In this document: piece after piece, positions 22,201 through 33,420 of the stretch
Layout: the number at the start of each line of letters is the position of its first letter
How positions within the stretch are numbered: the first letter of the stretch is position 1
Assembly: GCA_026770705.1 (NCBI GenBank)
Contig: JANJGN010000036.1
Coordinates: forward strand, 1,674,001-1,738,000
Reading direction: 5' to 3'
Length of the DNA stretch: 64,000 bases
Source of the DNA: Isurus oxyrinchus
Lineage: Eukaryota
The notes under the pieces: generated by a model
The model's input: the letters and a program-made list of their open reading frames with translations, nothing else
Database searches by the model: none
Told to the model about the DNA's origin: nothing
Position numbers and translations under genes: made by a program

Positions 22201-24260
22201 TCCACATTCTAACCACCCTGAACAAAATAAAATGTTTTTGTCTGAAACCCCAATTGAGATTCATCATTGGAAGAATAGTTGAAAGCTTGACATTCTAGGA
22301 GACAAAGCGGACTTTGCATTATACTCAGATAGATACAAGGGTATGGGTATAGGTCGAAGTAATGGAGCCGATGTTTGATTCCTTTTGCGAAGGATAGTGT
22401 TCCACCATGGACACTAAACCACAAGACAACAACAACACTATCAGAGACAAAGTATGTCGCTTGATGGCACCTTATAAATGCTGCATGGGCACAGTGGCAG
22501 TGATATCTACCATCTACAAAATGTAGAATCTCGCCATTGTCACGTTATTCTCTAATCCCATTGTGTCTTCTTGAATGCCTTAGTCCTTGTCTCTTCCAGT
22601 CTCGATCTGTCTCTCCACCAATCTGTCCATCCCTTTTCATTTTCATTCTTTAAAATATCACTCGGGCTGTTCGTTATACTGGCAAAACGGACTTTGAATC
22701 CCCATCCCTCGCTATTTTGAGTGGGCGTTGGTGTGTATCCTTGAAATTTTGACAAATGACAAGAGGCATGGGTAATAGATTTTTCAATATTGTTTCTCCC
22801 CCCCACCCCCTCAACACCTCTACCCATACCCCGTCCTCTTCCTCAGAGATGCGAAAATCTACTTGTCTCCTGTTGTTTTATGGAAGTTCGTTGGGCATCA
22901 TTCTCCTTCTATTGACCTTAATTGTCGTCGCCGGATGGAGCTACAAAAAGCGACACTCAGGTAGGAAGGTCTGTAAATTTTCCAGGCTCTACGCTGCTGC
23001 ATATGAGTCGATGCAATCTTTGCCTCTTCTTGACACGTTAATTCACCCTATCAGAGTAAAATTTGCAGACATTTATGCACTTTTTTATATATCAGGCAAC
23101 GGGAGCTCGGATAAGATATTCACGGATTCTGGGCCACGTGAACGAAACCAAGAGGTAAATACATGGAGAATTTTTTTTTTTTGCTGTTTCCTGTCGCTGA
23201 TTTTATAAAACAACCTTTATGGGATTTAGTTATGGTACCAAAAGTCTACTAAACTTTTCATAGCAAAATATATATTTGGAGATTTAATATCAATAATGAC
23301 ATTAAATGTAGTTTCAATCGAACAATAACAGGGTTAAAATAGTTGAATTATGAGAACAGATAGCACATATTTGTTGTTTACACTGAAGAACAAATCATGT
23401 TCTAATTATAATGATTAAGCTGCTTAAATTATCTATGGGGGATGTGGTGGTAGAGTGTTATTCTCACTGGGCTACTATTCCAGTGTAATTACCTGGGTAA
23501 CCGGGTTCCAATTCCCGTGCAGCAAATGGTTCCATTTGAATTCAATCATAATTTGGAACTAAAAAATGTCGAAATCATAGCTGATTGTCGCAAAAACCTT
23601 TGAAGAAGGTTCATATGGACTCGAAATGTTAATTCTGTTTCTTTCTCCCCACAGCTGCTGTTAGACCTGCTGTGTTTTTCCAGCATTTTCTGTCTTTGTT
23701 TCACATTTCCAGCAGGCACAATATGTTTCTTGTCATTTATTGACGTAAAATCCCTTCTGGTGCACTAATGGCCCATAGGCGAGGAGATCTGCGCCCTCAC
23801 CTGATCTGGCTGACACGTGACTCCAGACCAACAGCAATGTAATTGACCCTTAACTTCAATTAGGTTTAGGCACTCAGTGCTGGCCTAGCCAGCAACGCCC
23901 ACATCCCATGAAGGAATAAAGAAACGATTGGATAAGACGAAAGAATCTGTTGCAGGCGTGAATGCTAGGGGGAAAAACCTTAAATTTGCGTGCAGCCCCT
24001 CAAAGGTGACATCAGAAAGCACCAGCACACACATAGTGAGGTGGGGATCCCAGCTAGATTTTAATATTTACTTTCAATTTCAAAGCACTGCAAAGTATTT
24101 GGAGAGAGAGACCAGCCATGGTCCAATTAAATGGGGTAGCACGGTCCAGGGCCGAATAGCCTAACAATGCTCCTAATGTGTATATGATGATAATAGTTTC
24201 TATTTTCCCTCATAGACTCTTTATGCTCACCTGGCGTTTACTGCAGTTCCGACGCCCTGA
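19218..24260 (+). CDS. Gene B1: intact non-rearranging VJ-C1-TM-ITIM receptor, type B (300 aa); exons 19218-19260, 19872-20210, 20684-20986, 22847-22960, 23096-23154, 24216-24260
   Basis: All six exons GT-AG with consistent phases (1,1,1,1,0): MGVFTLCVLLHLFP; V ..KVNC..WYKQ..RFSG..DSGVYYCAARKPHGMSLVFGTGSKLFTT; C1 PTIFLLAPP..VPLMC..VRW..DGAYNIRS..FCTCSV; TM CLLLFYGSSLGIILLLLTLIVVAGW; tail ...RNQETLYAHLAFTAVPTP*. Confidence 0.92.
19872..20210 (+). CDS. B1 germline-joined VJ exon (FGTG J motif)
   Basis: YYC-CDR3-like loop-FGTGSKL in one exon, no RSS seen. Confidence 0.95.
20684..20986 (+). CDS. B1 C1-set domain exon
   Basis: CCAG acceptor, GTAAC donor; clear homology to A1 C1. Confidence 0.95.
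21100..21720 (-). mobile_element. CR1 LINE 3' fragment
   Basis: FWSPHYRKGVIALQRIQNRFTRMLP..EERFERLGLFNLEQRRLRG. Confidence 0.9.
22847..22960 (+). CDS. B1 transmembrane exon (uncharged)
   Basis: EMRKSTCLLLFYGSSLGIILLLLTLIVVAGWSYKKRHS; CTCAG acceptor, GTAGG donor. Confidence 0.92.
23440..23920 (+). mobile_element. SINE-like element with a nested short repeat (23600-23720)
   Basis: tRNA-like head GTGGTGGTAGAGTG..GGGTTCCAATTCCC; the nested repeat also occurs at 22117-22210. Confidence 0.55.
24216..24260 (+). CDS. B1 terminal exon with TLYAHL tyrosine motif
   Basis: CATAG acceptor, 45 nt to TGA; same length and motif in B2 and B3. Confidence 0.9.
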   Translation, partial: TLYAHLAFTAVPTP

Positions 24261-24989
24261 CGGGGAAGAACAGTCACTGGATGAAGCAGGAGGTGATGCG
24301 TTGAAGAACATTTGCGGCATGGAATTCAATAAGAAGTATTGTCAAGTGATAATTCCAACAACATTTTCTCGATCTTGGGCTGCGCTCGTGTATTTTGTCG
24401 CTCATTGGCATAGGTGTGGAAATGTAATTTAGAAGACCTGACGGTGTCAGCACTTACACTACACCGTGTATCACTTTTAAGTGAATGATGTTACAACCAC
24501 TTGTCTACAACGAATTACTCCTCAGATGTATTTTCCAATACAGAAACAATTTGCACTTACTGTTTATTTGTCACTATTATTGTTCACATTATTATTATTA
24601 ATATTATTATTTTTATTATTGTCCGTCACGTACATGACCATCAGTGATATCTCAAAATGAACACGCGCATATACAGAGATATAACTGCATATCTAAAACT
24701 TGTATAACAAAGCAAAATGTGGTTTCCTCAGCAAACAGAAGTGGCAGAGATAACATACTGGATCAGTGTCTGTCGAAGGAATACATAATACTTAATACAT
24801 AACTGACCCTTCTATTATTAGACGTCAGTGCGGATTTCAGTTAGATCGATAATGGAGACCTGATGCAACTGCAGATGATGATTACAGACTCCTATTGCCT
24901 TCTATTAACGGAGAGACATATCCCTTGCCATCTGAAGCTAAAGGCAGAGAAAAATATTTAACAGGCATTGCTGGTTTTAAATCTAAGAA

Positions 24990-25370
24990 TGAGAGATAAC
25001 CTTACTGAAACATATAAGATTCTGAGGGAGCTTTGACAGGGTAGATGTTGAGAGGCTGTTTGCCCTCGTGGGGAATCTGGAACTAATGTTCACAGCTTCA
25101 GAATGAGGGTTTCCCATTTGCGACTGAGAGGAGGAGATGTTTCTCCTCTCAGATTGAGTTTGGAATTGTCCTGGCCAGAGAACAGTTGAAATGGGTCAGT
25201 AAACATGCTCAAGTCTGAGTGACACAGATTTTTCATTGACAAGGTAGCCAAAGATTATGGGGAGCAGACAGGAAAGTGAAGCCAAGGCCACAATCAGTTC
25301 AGCCATGTTCTCATTGAATGATGGCACAGGCTCAGGGGGCACAATTGTTCTACTCCTGCTCGTATTTCTC
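24990..25370 (+). mobile_element. CR1 LINE 3' fragment
   Basis: CTTACTGAAACATATAAGATTCTGAGGG..GACAGGGTAGATG..; matches other CR1 tails in the window. Confidence 0.8.
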
Positions 25371-27539
25371 AGGATAGTTTAGCATTTGTTCAATTGAAAT
25401 AAATGTTCAGATGGTAATTGTTGACTGGTCTAAAATAAATCTTAAAAGAACGAGGAAAATATTTTTAAACTCTACAATGAAGGACTGGGTGTTAGGGTGA
25501 ACTGGTTTTGACACCGTGTTAAATACAGGGAGACAGCTAATTAGGAAATTTACAAAATGGTTGCATTGCCTCGTGCTTCGTGGGAGCTTTTCCCTCCACT
25601 TCCTGAAACAAAGTGCCGCACTGAGTATTTAAAAGTGATGCACATTAAACAAACACTCATTAAAATGCTCCTGTTAGTCATTAATAAATCCGAATTCCAA
25701 TTAGGAGGAATATGAGAACCCGGATTATCGCGATGCTCATTGCAAAGTGTGAAAGTGCTGCATCCCAATCGAGACAAAACATTTAGAAACTTCAGCTGGC
25801 TGAAATCATTCTTTTTTGGGACTCCCTCATGGGAAGCTTGAGCTAATTATAAAGTTAAAGCAGCAAATCCGTGCTGCAAATTCTCCGCAAGACCCTACAG
25901 GAACCCATGTCAAGGAGTCTTCAGGACAATGCTGAGGGATGGAAAGTAGGAGTGAAGAGGGAAATACATTTTTCTTAATGCGACTAACGTGATAGAATGA
26001 AATAATTTCAGAATGTGTTCTAAAATGAGCAGAAAGTGTTGTTCCTCACTGAGTGCCTGAAGTGTTGTGTAGAAATGCTTGACTTTGAAAAACAAAGAAG
26101 TGAGTCAGTGACCCTTGCAGCAGAGAGCGGGGCCAGGCAGCAAAGAGGCTGTGACAGCGAGCTTCAGAAAGACACCTTCATCACAGCCCATTCCGAGAGT
26201 GTGAAAAGCACATCGAGGGCGGAAATCGCTGGCCCAGATTCTGACCACTTTCCACTTGAGATGGAAAGTTGTCCGAGCCAGAAGGTCTTAGTGGGTTTCC
26301 TGTTATTTTACCTTTTGTTATGCAAGCTTCACGTACCGAAATGCCTGCAGATTTGAAACGCTGGGTATCAATGTTAAACTGCAGAGAGAAGGCGGCTTGC
26401 TCCAAAGATAGATTCAACCGAACAGAGAAGAGATTGGTTTAAAATGGACGTCATTTACAGCGCCCTTATCGATGTGGCATCTGATCAATGTTTATCTTCA
26501 ATCCTGGTTCAGCCTAAAATTTACAGGTTCTCAATATTAGTCACAAATGATGCCCTCACTTCACCTGCGGCTCACAGCGAATACATTGTCTGTTATCCGC
26601 ACACAGGCAACACTGCAACAGCTCACTCACTCGTTTAATGTCGTTTTCAACACAATACAGACACAATTCATTCAATATGTTCCAGTCTCGCTATTGAGCA
26701 GATTGTATCATGAATTGTGCATATCAATGTGCAATTCACGTGAGGTTATTGAAACTTATATTACTTTACTGAGATTTTATTTTTGGGGTAATTTTCATGG
26801 CGTCCCATTACTGAATGCTTCAGGTAGTTAACAGAGAGCTTGGGTCAGTCTGCAGCATATATTTTTATGTGAAATCCCAATCGTCCTCTAAATTGCATCG
26901 GAACATAGTCCTCATCCTTCTCCCATTCTGAAAATATAAATGATAAGCTAATGTCCACGATAGCATTTACCTGTCAGCCTTTTCGGCGGATTCCAGCTTT
27001 TTCTCTTCCAACGTTCTCCTTTCATTTAGTTTATCTCTACAATGAGGCCATTCCGCCCTCTCCTGCCTCCCCCTTCTTCTCTCCCCCACCTAACTGCTTT
27101 GCTTTCATATATTAGACAACGAATTGCAGATAAGACCAATCTCAACCCAATATCATTTTGCAGTTATGGCAAAATATTTTCATGTTGTGAGTGACAAAGA
27201 TGGGATCAATTTGGGCAGACGGTGCTGTTGTGTATGTATATGTGTGGTGTGTCTGTGCATGCATGTGTTTGTGTGTCTCTGTGTGTGTATGTTTCCGTGT
27301 CTGTGGGTGTCTTTGTGTGTGAGTGTATGTATGTGTGTGTGTGTGTGTGTTTGTGCATTTGTGTCTGTGCATGTGTGCGTTTCTTTGTCTGTGTGTGTGT
27401 TTGTGTGTCTATGGGTGGGTGTGTTTGTGTGTGTGTCTGTTTGTGTGTTTGCATATGTGCGTGTGTGAACGTGATTGCCCGTACCTCAGTGGGCCGCTGT
27501 CTATCTCTATCCCCACCCACCTCCCTCACCCACCTACAC

Positions 27540-27970
27540 GCCCCTCAGTGTCAGAAGTGGTGGGTTCGAGTCTTCACGCCAGAGATTTGAGCAATATGTG
27601 TAGAGTGGCTCATCAATGCTGGCTCGAGAAAGCGTTGCACTGACTAAGGTTTCAGATTCAGCGTTAAATCGTGGCCCTTTCTGCCCGTCGGTCTGTGTGA
27701 AAGATGCACCATCACTATTTCGTGAAGAGCTGGGTTGGGAATTGCGTTCTCTCCTGTGACCTCAGCCATATTTAAGCTCTCGACCAAAATCTAAAAACAC
27801 ATTTTCTAGGTCATAATCTCGTTGTTTTTTTTTTCCTAGGATCTTACTCTGCGCAATATAGCTGCCGCGTTAACAACATTACGAACAACATGTGCACTAC
27901 CAGAAGTGTCTGTAAAACAAATGAGCTTCCTGATACCTTGAAAAGCGTGATATTAACTCAAGCCTTTTAA
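27540..27970 (+). mobile_element. SINE (Deu-SINE-like)
   Basis: B-box-like GGTTCGAGTC and tail GGATCTT.CT.TGCGCAA..GCTGCCGCG; related copies at about 19290-19590 (+), 38250-38720 (-), 43030-43360 (-). Confidence 0.6.
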
Positions 27971-28487
27971 TTGTGTGTGCGTTAATCTATCTGGATACAA
28001 TTAATTCTGTGGGATCTCCCCTACCACATAGATGGCATAGAGCATGGTAATCTGATTGGCGAGTTAACATCAATGCAACCCAATCAAATTGAGATTAATA
28101 ACCCCCATTTTCAAATTACACCTTGGTGATTTCTGTATTAAGTTGCATTCCGAATTCTGCTTCTCTATTCCAATACGTTAATTCAGGTAGTTCTTGCAAT
28201 GAACATTTAGCAAAACAATTATAAAACTAAGATAGGAAACAATGAAAGCAGAGATAATAATACATTTCAAAAGGCATGCGTATTTTGTGGTAGGAAAATG
28301 CAAAGATATGGGGAAGGAGATGCGTTCACTTGGACGTACTGGGTTACATTTTCGAAAAGCTGGCACAGACACCATGAGCCGAATGGCTTCCTTCTGTGCT
28401 GTATCATTCTATGATTCGATCAAGCACTATTGCAGAGATAACCTGACCTCACCTTTAACTACTTTTGAATGTGAATACATATCCCAG

Positions 28488-28547
28488 TCTCAGGGCAGAT
28501 CTCCCTACACCTTCCTGGAGTTTGCTGCATTGGAAAATAAATCATAA
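28488..28547 (+). pseudogene. Orphan ITIM-bearing terminal exon (A-related, third type)
   Basis: CCCAG|SQGRSPYTFLEFAALENKS*; SxYxxL is a canonical ITIM; 3' flank homologous to 16135-16530. Confidence 0.7.
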
Positions 28548-31500
28548 AGAAGACGGGTTGCAGGTAAGAATCGGAACACTTTCTCTCTGATGAATTATGG
28601 AGGAGGTAGGATTTGCCAAATAACCCACAACCTCGTGGAAACAAAATGGAGCCATGGAGACCCCCATAAATCAACTAACCTACTCCCACCAGAATTTACA
28701 AAAAAAAAATCTCCTTTTCTAAAATGTGAAGTAAAATGTTTTCAGAATTATTGAGGATATTCCACTATATTCGTGTAATCCAAATGTGAAGGAAACACTG
28801 AACAAATCTTAGGGATGTTCTTCAGTTTCTCTGGACTTTTTCTGTTGATCCTGAAATTCCAATTACTGACAGGATCTTTATTTCTTTGCAAACGTCTGTA
28901 TATAAGTAATTAAAATAAATTATTCTTCCATCATAATGATTCATCAGAGATTTGCATCGATCAATGATTAGCAAATAATTCAATGTCAAATGAATGAAAC
29001 TGCAATTCCTGTTGAGCTGACAATATCAGCACTGGATTGAGATGGTTTGGTGGTGGTGTTTTCTGCCTGAGACGTGACGTCTTTAATCATTTACAAAATT
29101 AGAACACAACAGGAGAAGGACACGGGCCCTCATGTAGGAACCTTGTGATGGTCGCATTTTACTTTTACACAGTGTGTTCTGCTTTGGGCTTAGTTTTAAA
29201 TACATATGTCAGAGCCTTTGGTTCAGTGCAGTGTATTTTGAAAGAAGAGGTGACTTTGCAGCTATGTTTCCCCAAGCCGATCACCACTGGGGTATTCACT
29301 GCTCATGCCTGGAATGCTGTAGACAAATTACTAGGGATATATTGCCATAGAAACCCAATTATCATCGTACCACTGAACTGCCAGACTGGTAGGTGCAATC
29401 TGGATCGATGTTTTTTTTTTCCTTTTCCTGTTTTTATTTCCCTATTTTCCTGATTCCAATTCTGCAAAATTTGGCAACAATGTTGTCAACGAGAGAGATA
29501 AGGTATTACCCCAGAGCCGGGCACACATCATTGTTGATCTGGGTCATATCAGTCTAAATATTCGCATTCTGCTAACTCTGGAATCAAAAGGTAAAGCCGA
29601 TTGAGAGAAACAAGCAACTAAAAACAGCTCCTGGTAAAGTCACTTTCAAGATCCATCTCCCAGAAACTGTCCAATAAACCTGTTGAGGATTTAACTGAGC
29701 TCCTGACTGTAGTGACCTTGTTAATGTGAATTTAGTTTGTATTGTAGTGTTATTGACAACAGATATATTTTAACAGGACTCGGGTTAAGAAGGTTAAACT
29801 ACAAGAGCAGGTTGCTCAGACTAGGCTTGCATTCCCTCCGTGATGATGTTTCTGGTTCACACGAGACTCCTCCCAATCTTCTGCATCCCACCCCATTAAC
29901 ATATCATTCCATTCATTTTTCCCTCATGTGATTATTCAACTTCAACTGAAAAGCACGTTTGATAGTCAACTCAACTTCTCCCCCTGGGAGCGAGCTCGAC
30001 ATTATACCCAATCCTTGGGTAAAGAATATTATCATGAATTGCCGATTGGATTTATTAGTGAATATCTTAAACTGATGGCCTAGCCTTCTTGTTACCACCT
30101 CAAGTGTAGAATCATTTCATAATTTTGAAGACCTCTATCCGGTCACCTTCTCAGTCTACTCTTATCCAGAGAAAAGAGTGCCAGCCTGTTCAATATTATC
30201 TGAAATCATAAAATCTCATTTCTGTTATCATTCCAGTAGAAATGTTCCCAAATCTTAAACCGCACACATCTGCTCTATAAAGATATCGTCAATTGCAAAT
30301 TCAATGAACACATTTGGACTGAGCGACCAAACAACTTCAAATGACAAACGCAATTCTTGGATTTCAAAACCTGCTTTAATGAGTTGGTAAATTGGAGACT
30401 GATGCTCTCTTTCCTGCTCAAGCTGAAACAAAGATCCGCAATTAAATTAAAAAAAAACGCTGACACAACAAAGTAACACATGTAGAAACTGAACAGAAAG
30501 CTAAAATGTCCGAGTGTCAACGTTCTCTTGAAATGCAGCCGGTTCTATGAGGCATGCAGTCTCTCCAGAAGTCGATAAATTGCCTCTTTATTACTGATAA
30601 ATCTGCGTTTAGAATTTGGGATGTCAATTTGTTAGGAAGGTTCACATGTCCAGGCTGTCCGCCAATGAGGACGAAAAAAGAGGTAACTTTCAACAGCACG
30701 TCATATCCTGGAAGCAGCATATGAGCTGTCAATTTCCATTATTATCAAAGTGTTGGGTCCGCATTAAACGCCAGTCGAGCATAAAGAGTCTGCAAGAGAA
30801 AGCACAAACCGTGATCATGAGAAACAGCATCATTAGGGGGCAGAAAGAGGACATTCAGCCCTTCGAGCCTTCACCGCTAGACATTTAAATCATTTTGGAT
30901 CCGCATCTCAACCCTGTTTACCCTCCTTGCTACCATAACCCTTAATCCAACGAAAATATATCACACTGCGTTTTAGCATTTTCTGCTGACCCCCCATCTA
31001 TTTTTTTTACATTTATTGTCAAAGTGCTATTGAAAAGGTAATCAGTGCTATCTTAAAACATGCGCCTTGTAAAGTCTCATACCCTCATATGATAGTAACC
31101 AGATATCTTCAAACTTGAATTCAAAATCCACCATCTCTATTTACACACGCTGAGAACCATTTCTATTCATAGTTACCGCCTTTTCTTCTGTACTTGCTCT
31201 CGAATATGTCAGTTACTTATCAATGTTCATATTGCCTGTTAGAAGGAGCATTTTAAAATAAGTAGAACTGTGCACATTTCACACTGAGCCGGCTGAAAGT
31301 GTATACAGCCCTTCGCCAAGTAGATAGTTTAAGAGCGCTCCTGAGTTACATCTCCTTCCAATCTCCCTCCTGTTTGCCGGGTGTTGCAGATCCTTCCCCT
31401 GGCGAGCAGGACTAACGCCAGAAGGAGTAGCGCCGCCAACAAATTCCTGAAATGCGAGAAACAGCAGGGGGCAGGTAGCGGTGAATCTGGAGAGCAAATA

Positions 31501-31739
31501 AAAAGCATTGTCTTTGAGAATAAATCCCGTAACTGAAGCCTTTTGACACTGACAGAACGGTCAAGTAGACTCTAGCACACGAGAGCTAGAGATGGGCAAA
31601 TAATGTCAGTTTTGTCAATAACATCAGCATCTCAAGGTCATTAAAAAAAATAAGATGAAACAGATTAGAAAAGTGAAGCGAATTTACAAAGCTGAAATCA
31701 GATCGACGGATATGGAGAGAGAGATAAAGTAATTGGGAG

Positions 31740-31970
31740 ATAAATAGAGTTAGAGGGAGAATTATAGAGAGAGAGACAGATGGATGGATGGAGAGAAGGA
31801 GAGATGGATAGATAGAAAGATAGACGGACAGTTAGGCATAGAGCTAAGTAGGTAGATAGCTAGATACACTCATACATGCATACATACACACATACAGACA
31901 TATATACTTACATACATACATACACACAAACATACATACATACATACACACATACATACATACATATATT
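31740..31970. repeat. (GA)/(GATA)/(CATA)n simple repeats
   Basis: Direct sequence. Confidence 0.9.
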
Positions 31971-32489
31971 TCAGCACAAGGATATGATAGAACTACACAA
32001 GAATGACCAGCGCGGTATGGGACACAGGATGAAGTAATGGGGCCTCCAAGTTTCTGCTGACTCTTCAAAGTCCACATTGCAATTCAGCACTTCCAAACCC
32101 CGTCAATCTGAGGAATACTCATCCACCCCCTGCATTCTTCTAACTTTCTATCCATCTTCCCACATCTCATACAAGCTGTGCGTCTTATTATTTCCCAGCA
32201 GCTATCTTGTGAGTCACAGAAAGGCCTTGTGGAAATCCATTCATTTAATATGCAACGTATTCCCTTTAAATATCCATACAGACATTTCTTCAGATTAAAA
32301 GCTCTATTCAACTCTTTAGTCATAACCACACGTCCACAAACCGGTGCGTGCTGACCTTAAGTACCCCATCTACTGAGAAATGCTCACCTATTTCATTTAG
32401 AATAATGGATGGTAAAGGTTTGCCCACCAGTCATGTTAGACTGTCTTGTTTATAGTTCCCCAAATGACTTCTATGCTCTGCTTTTTATT

Positions 32490-32665
32490 CAACGTTAGGA
32501 TTAGAAGGTTTTTGCTAGGAATGATGAGGATTAGGCTTAGGGCCCTGCTTTGTTTCAGTAAGAGTTAGGGCTATCATAAGGGTTAGGATTAGGGTTCGGG
32601 TTCGGATCAGGTTTAAGGTCAGGGTTAGGATTAGGGTTAGGATTAGTGTTAGTGCTAGGATTATA
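32490..32665 (+). repeat. Degenerate telomere-like (TTAGGG/TTAGGA) tract
   Basis: GGTTAGGATTAGGGTTCGGGTTCGG...AGGGTTAGGATTAGGGTTAGGATTAGTGTTAGTG. Confidence 0.75.
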
Positions 32666-32689
32666 CGCTCACTGGAAATGAGTTTCTAA

Positions 32690-33420
32690 ATCGGACAGAG
32701 GTGCAGAGAGAAATGGGTTACAGACACACAAACACTTGGCATTAGAGACAGAGGTTAATAAGGCCACAAAAAGCAAACCACCCAGCACTGGGAGAAATGC
32801 CTAAAGAAATAGAATTGAAAAATAGAAAAGGCTTTGCTGAAGTTATCATTAGCTTATATGTAGAACACTTGTAGTCCTGTGAACAACATTCATCTCCAGA
32901 TTATAAAAAGGATATAAAGGATTGGAAAGGTGGAGACAAAGAACCGTCACCCGGGTGACATTCGCACTGAGAGTTTATAATTATCAGAAAGCTTGAACAG
33001 GCTGGGGTTGTTTTTTTTTCTTGAAAAGAGAAGACTGAAGGGTGACGTGATGGAGAACTTTTGGCTTTTCAAGTGATTTGTGAGCGTAGAAGAAACATTT
33101 TTTTGACATGTGTAGGGTTCATACACGGTCTCCGGGCCATCAATATATGACAGTGCCTAATATCTCATATCTGGAATTCAGGAGAAATTTATAAACCCAC
33201 AGAATAGGGAGAATAGGGAACTCGTTACCGCAGTAGTGGTTAATGTGAATAGCTGAGATGCATTCAGGACAAAACTGGAAAAATACATGAGTGTGGAAGG
33301 AATAGAAGGATATGTTGAATGTGTGATTTGAAGTGGAAATGGAGAGGGCTTGTGCGGAACATAAATAGCAGCACGGAGCAGAGGAGCCGAATGGCCTGTC
33401 GCTCTCCTGGAAAATCTGTT
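32690..33420 (+). mobile_element. Decayed CR1 3' fragment in a B2 intron
   Basis: TTGAACAGGCTGGGGTTG..AGAAGACTGAAGGGTGAC..GAATTCAGGAGAAA..GAATGGCCTGT. Confidence 0.75.

Noticed and set aside
27124-27643. Cys/Val-, His/Thr- or Pro-rich ORFs (also 7356, 34666, 36910, 59491-60500, 63221)
   Set aside because: Translations of microsatellite or low-complexity DNA
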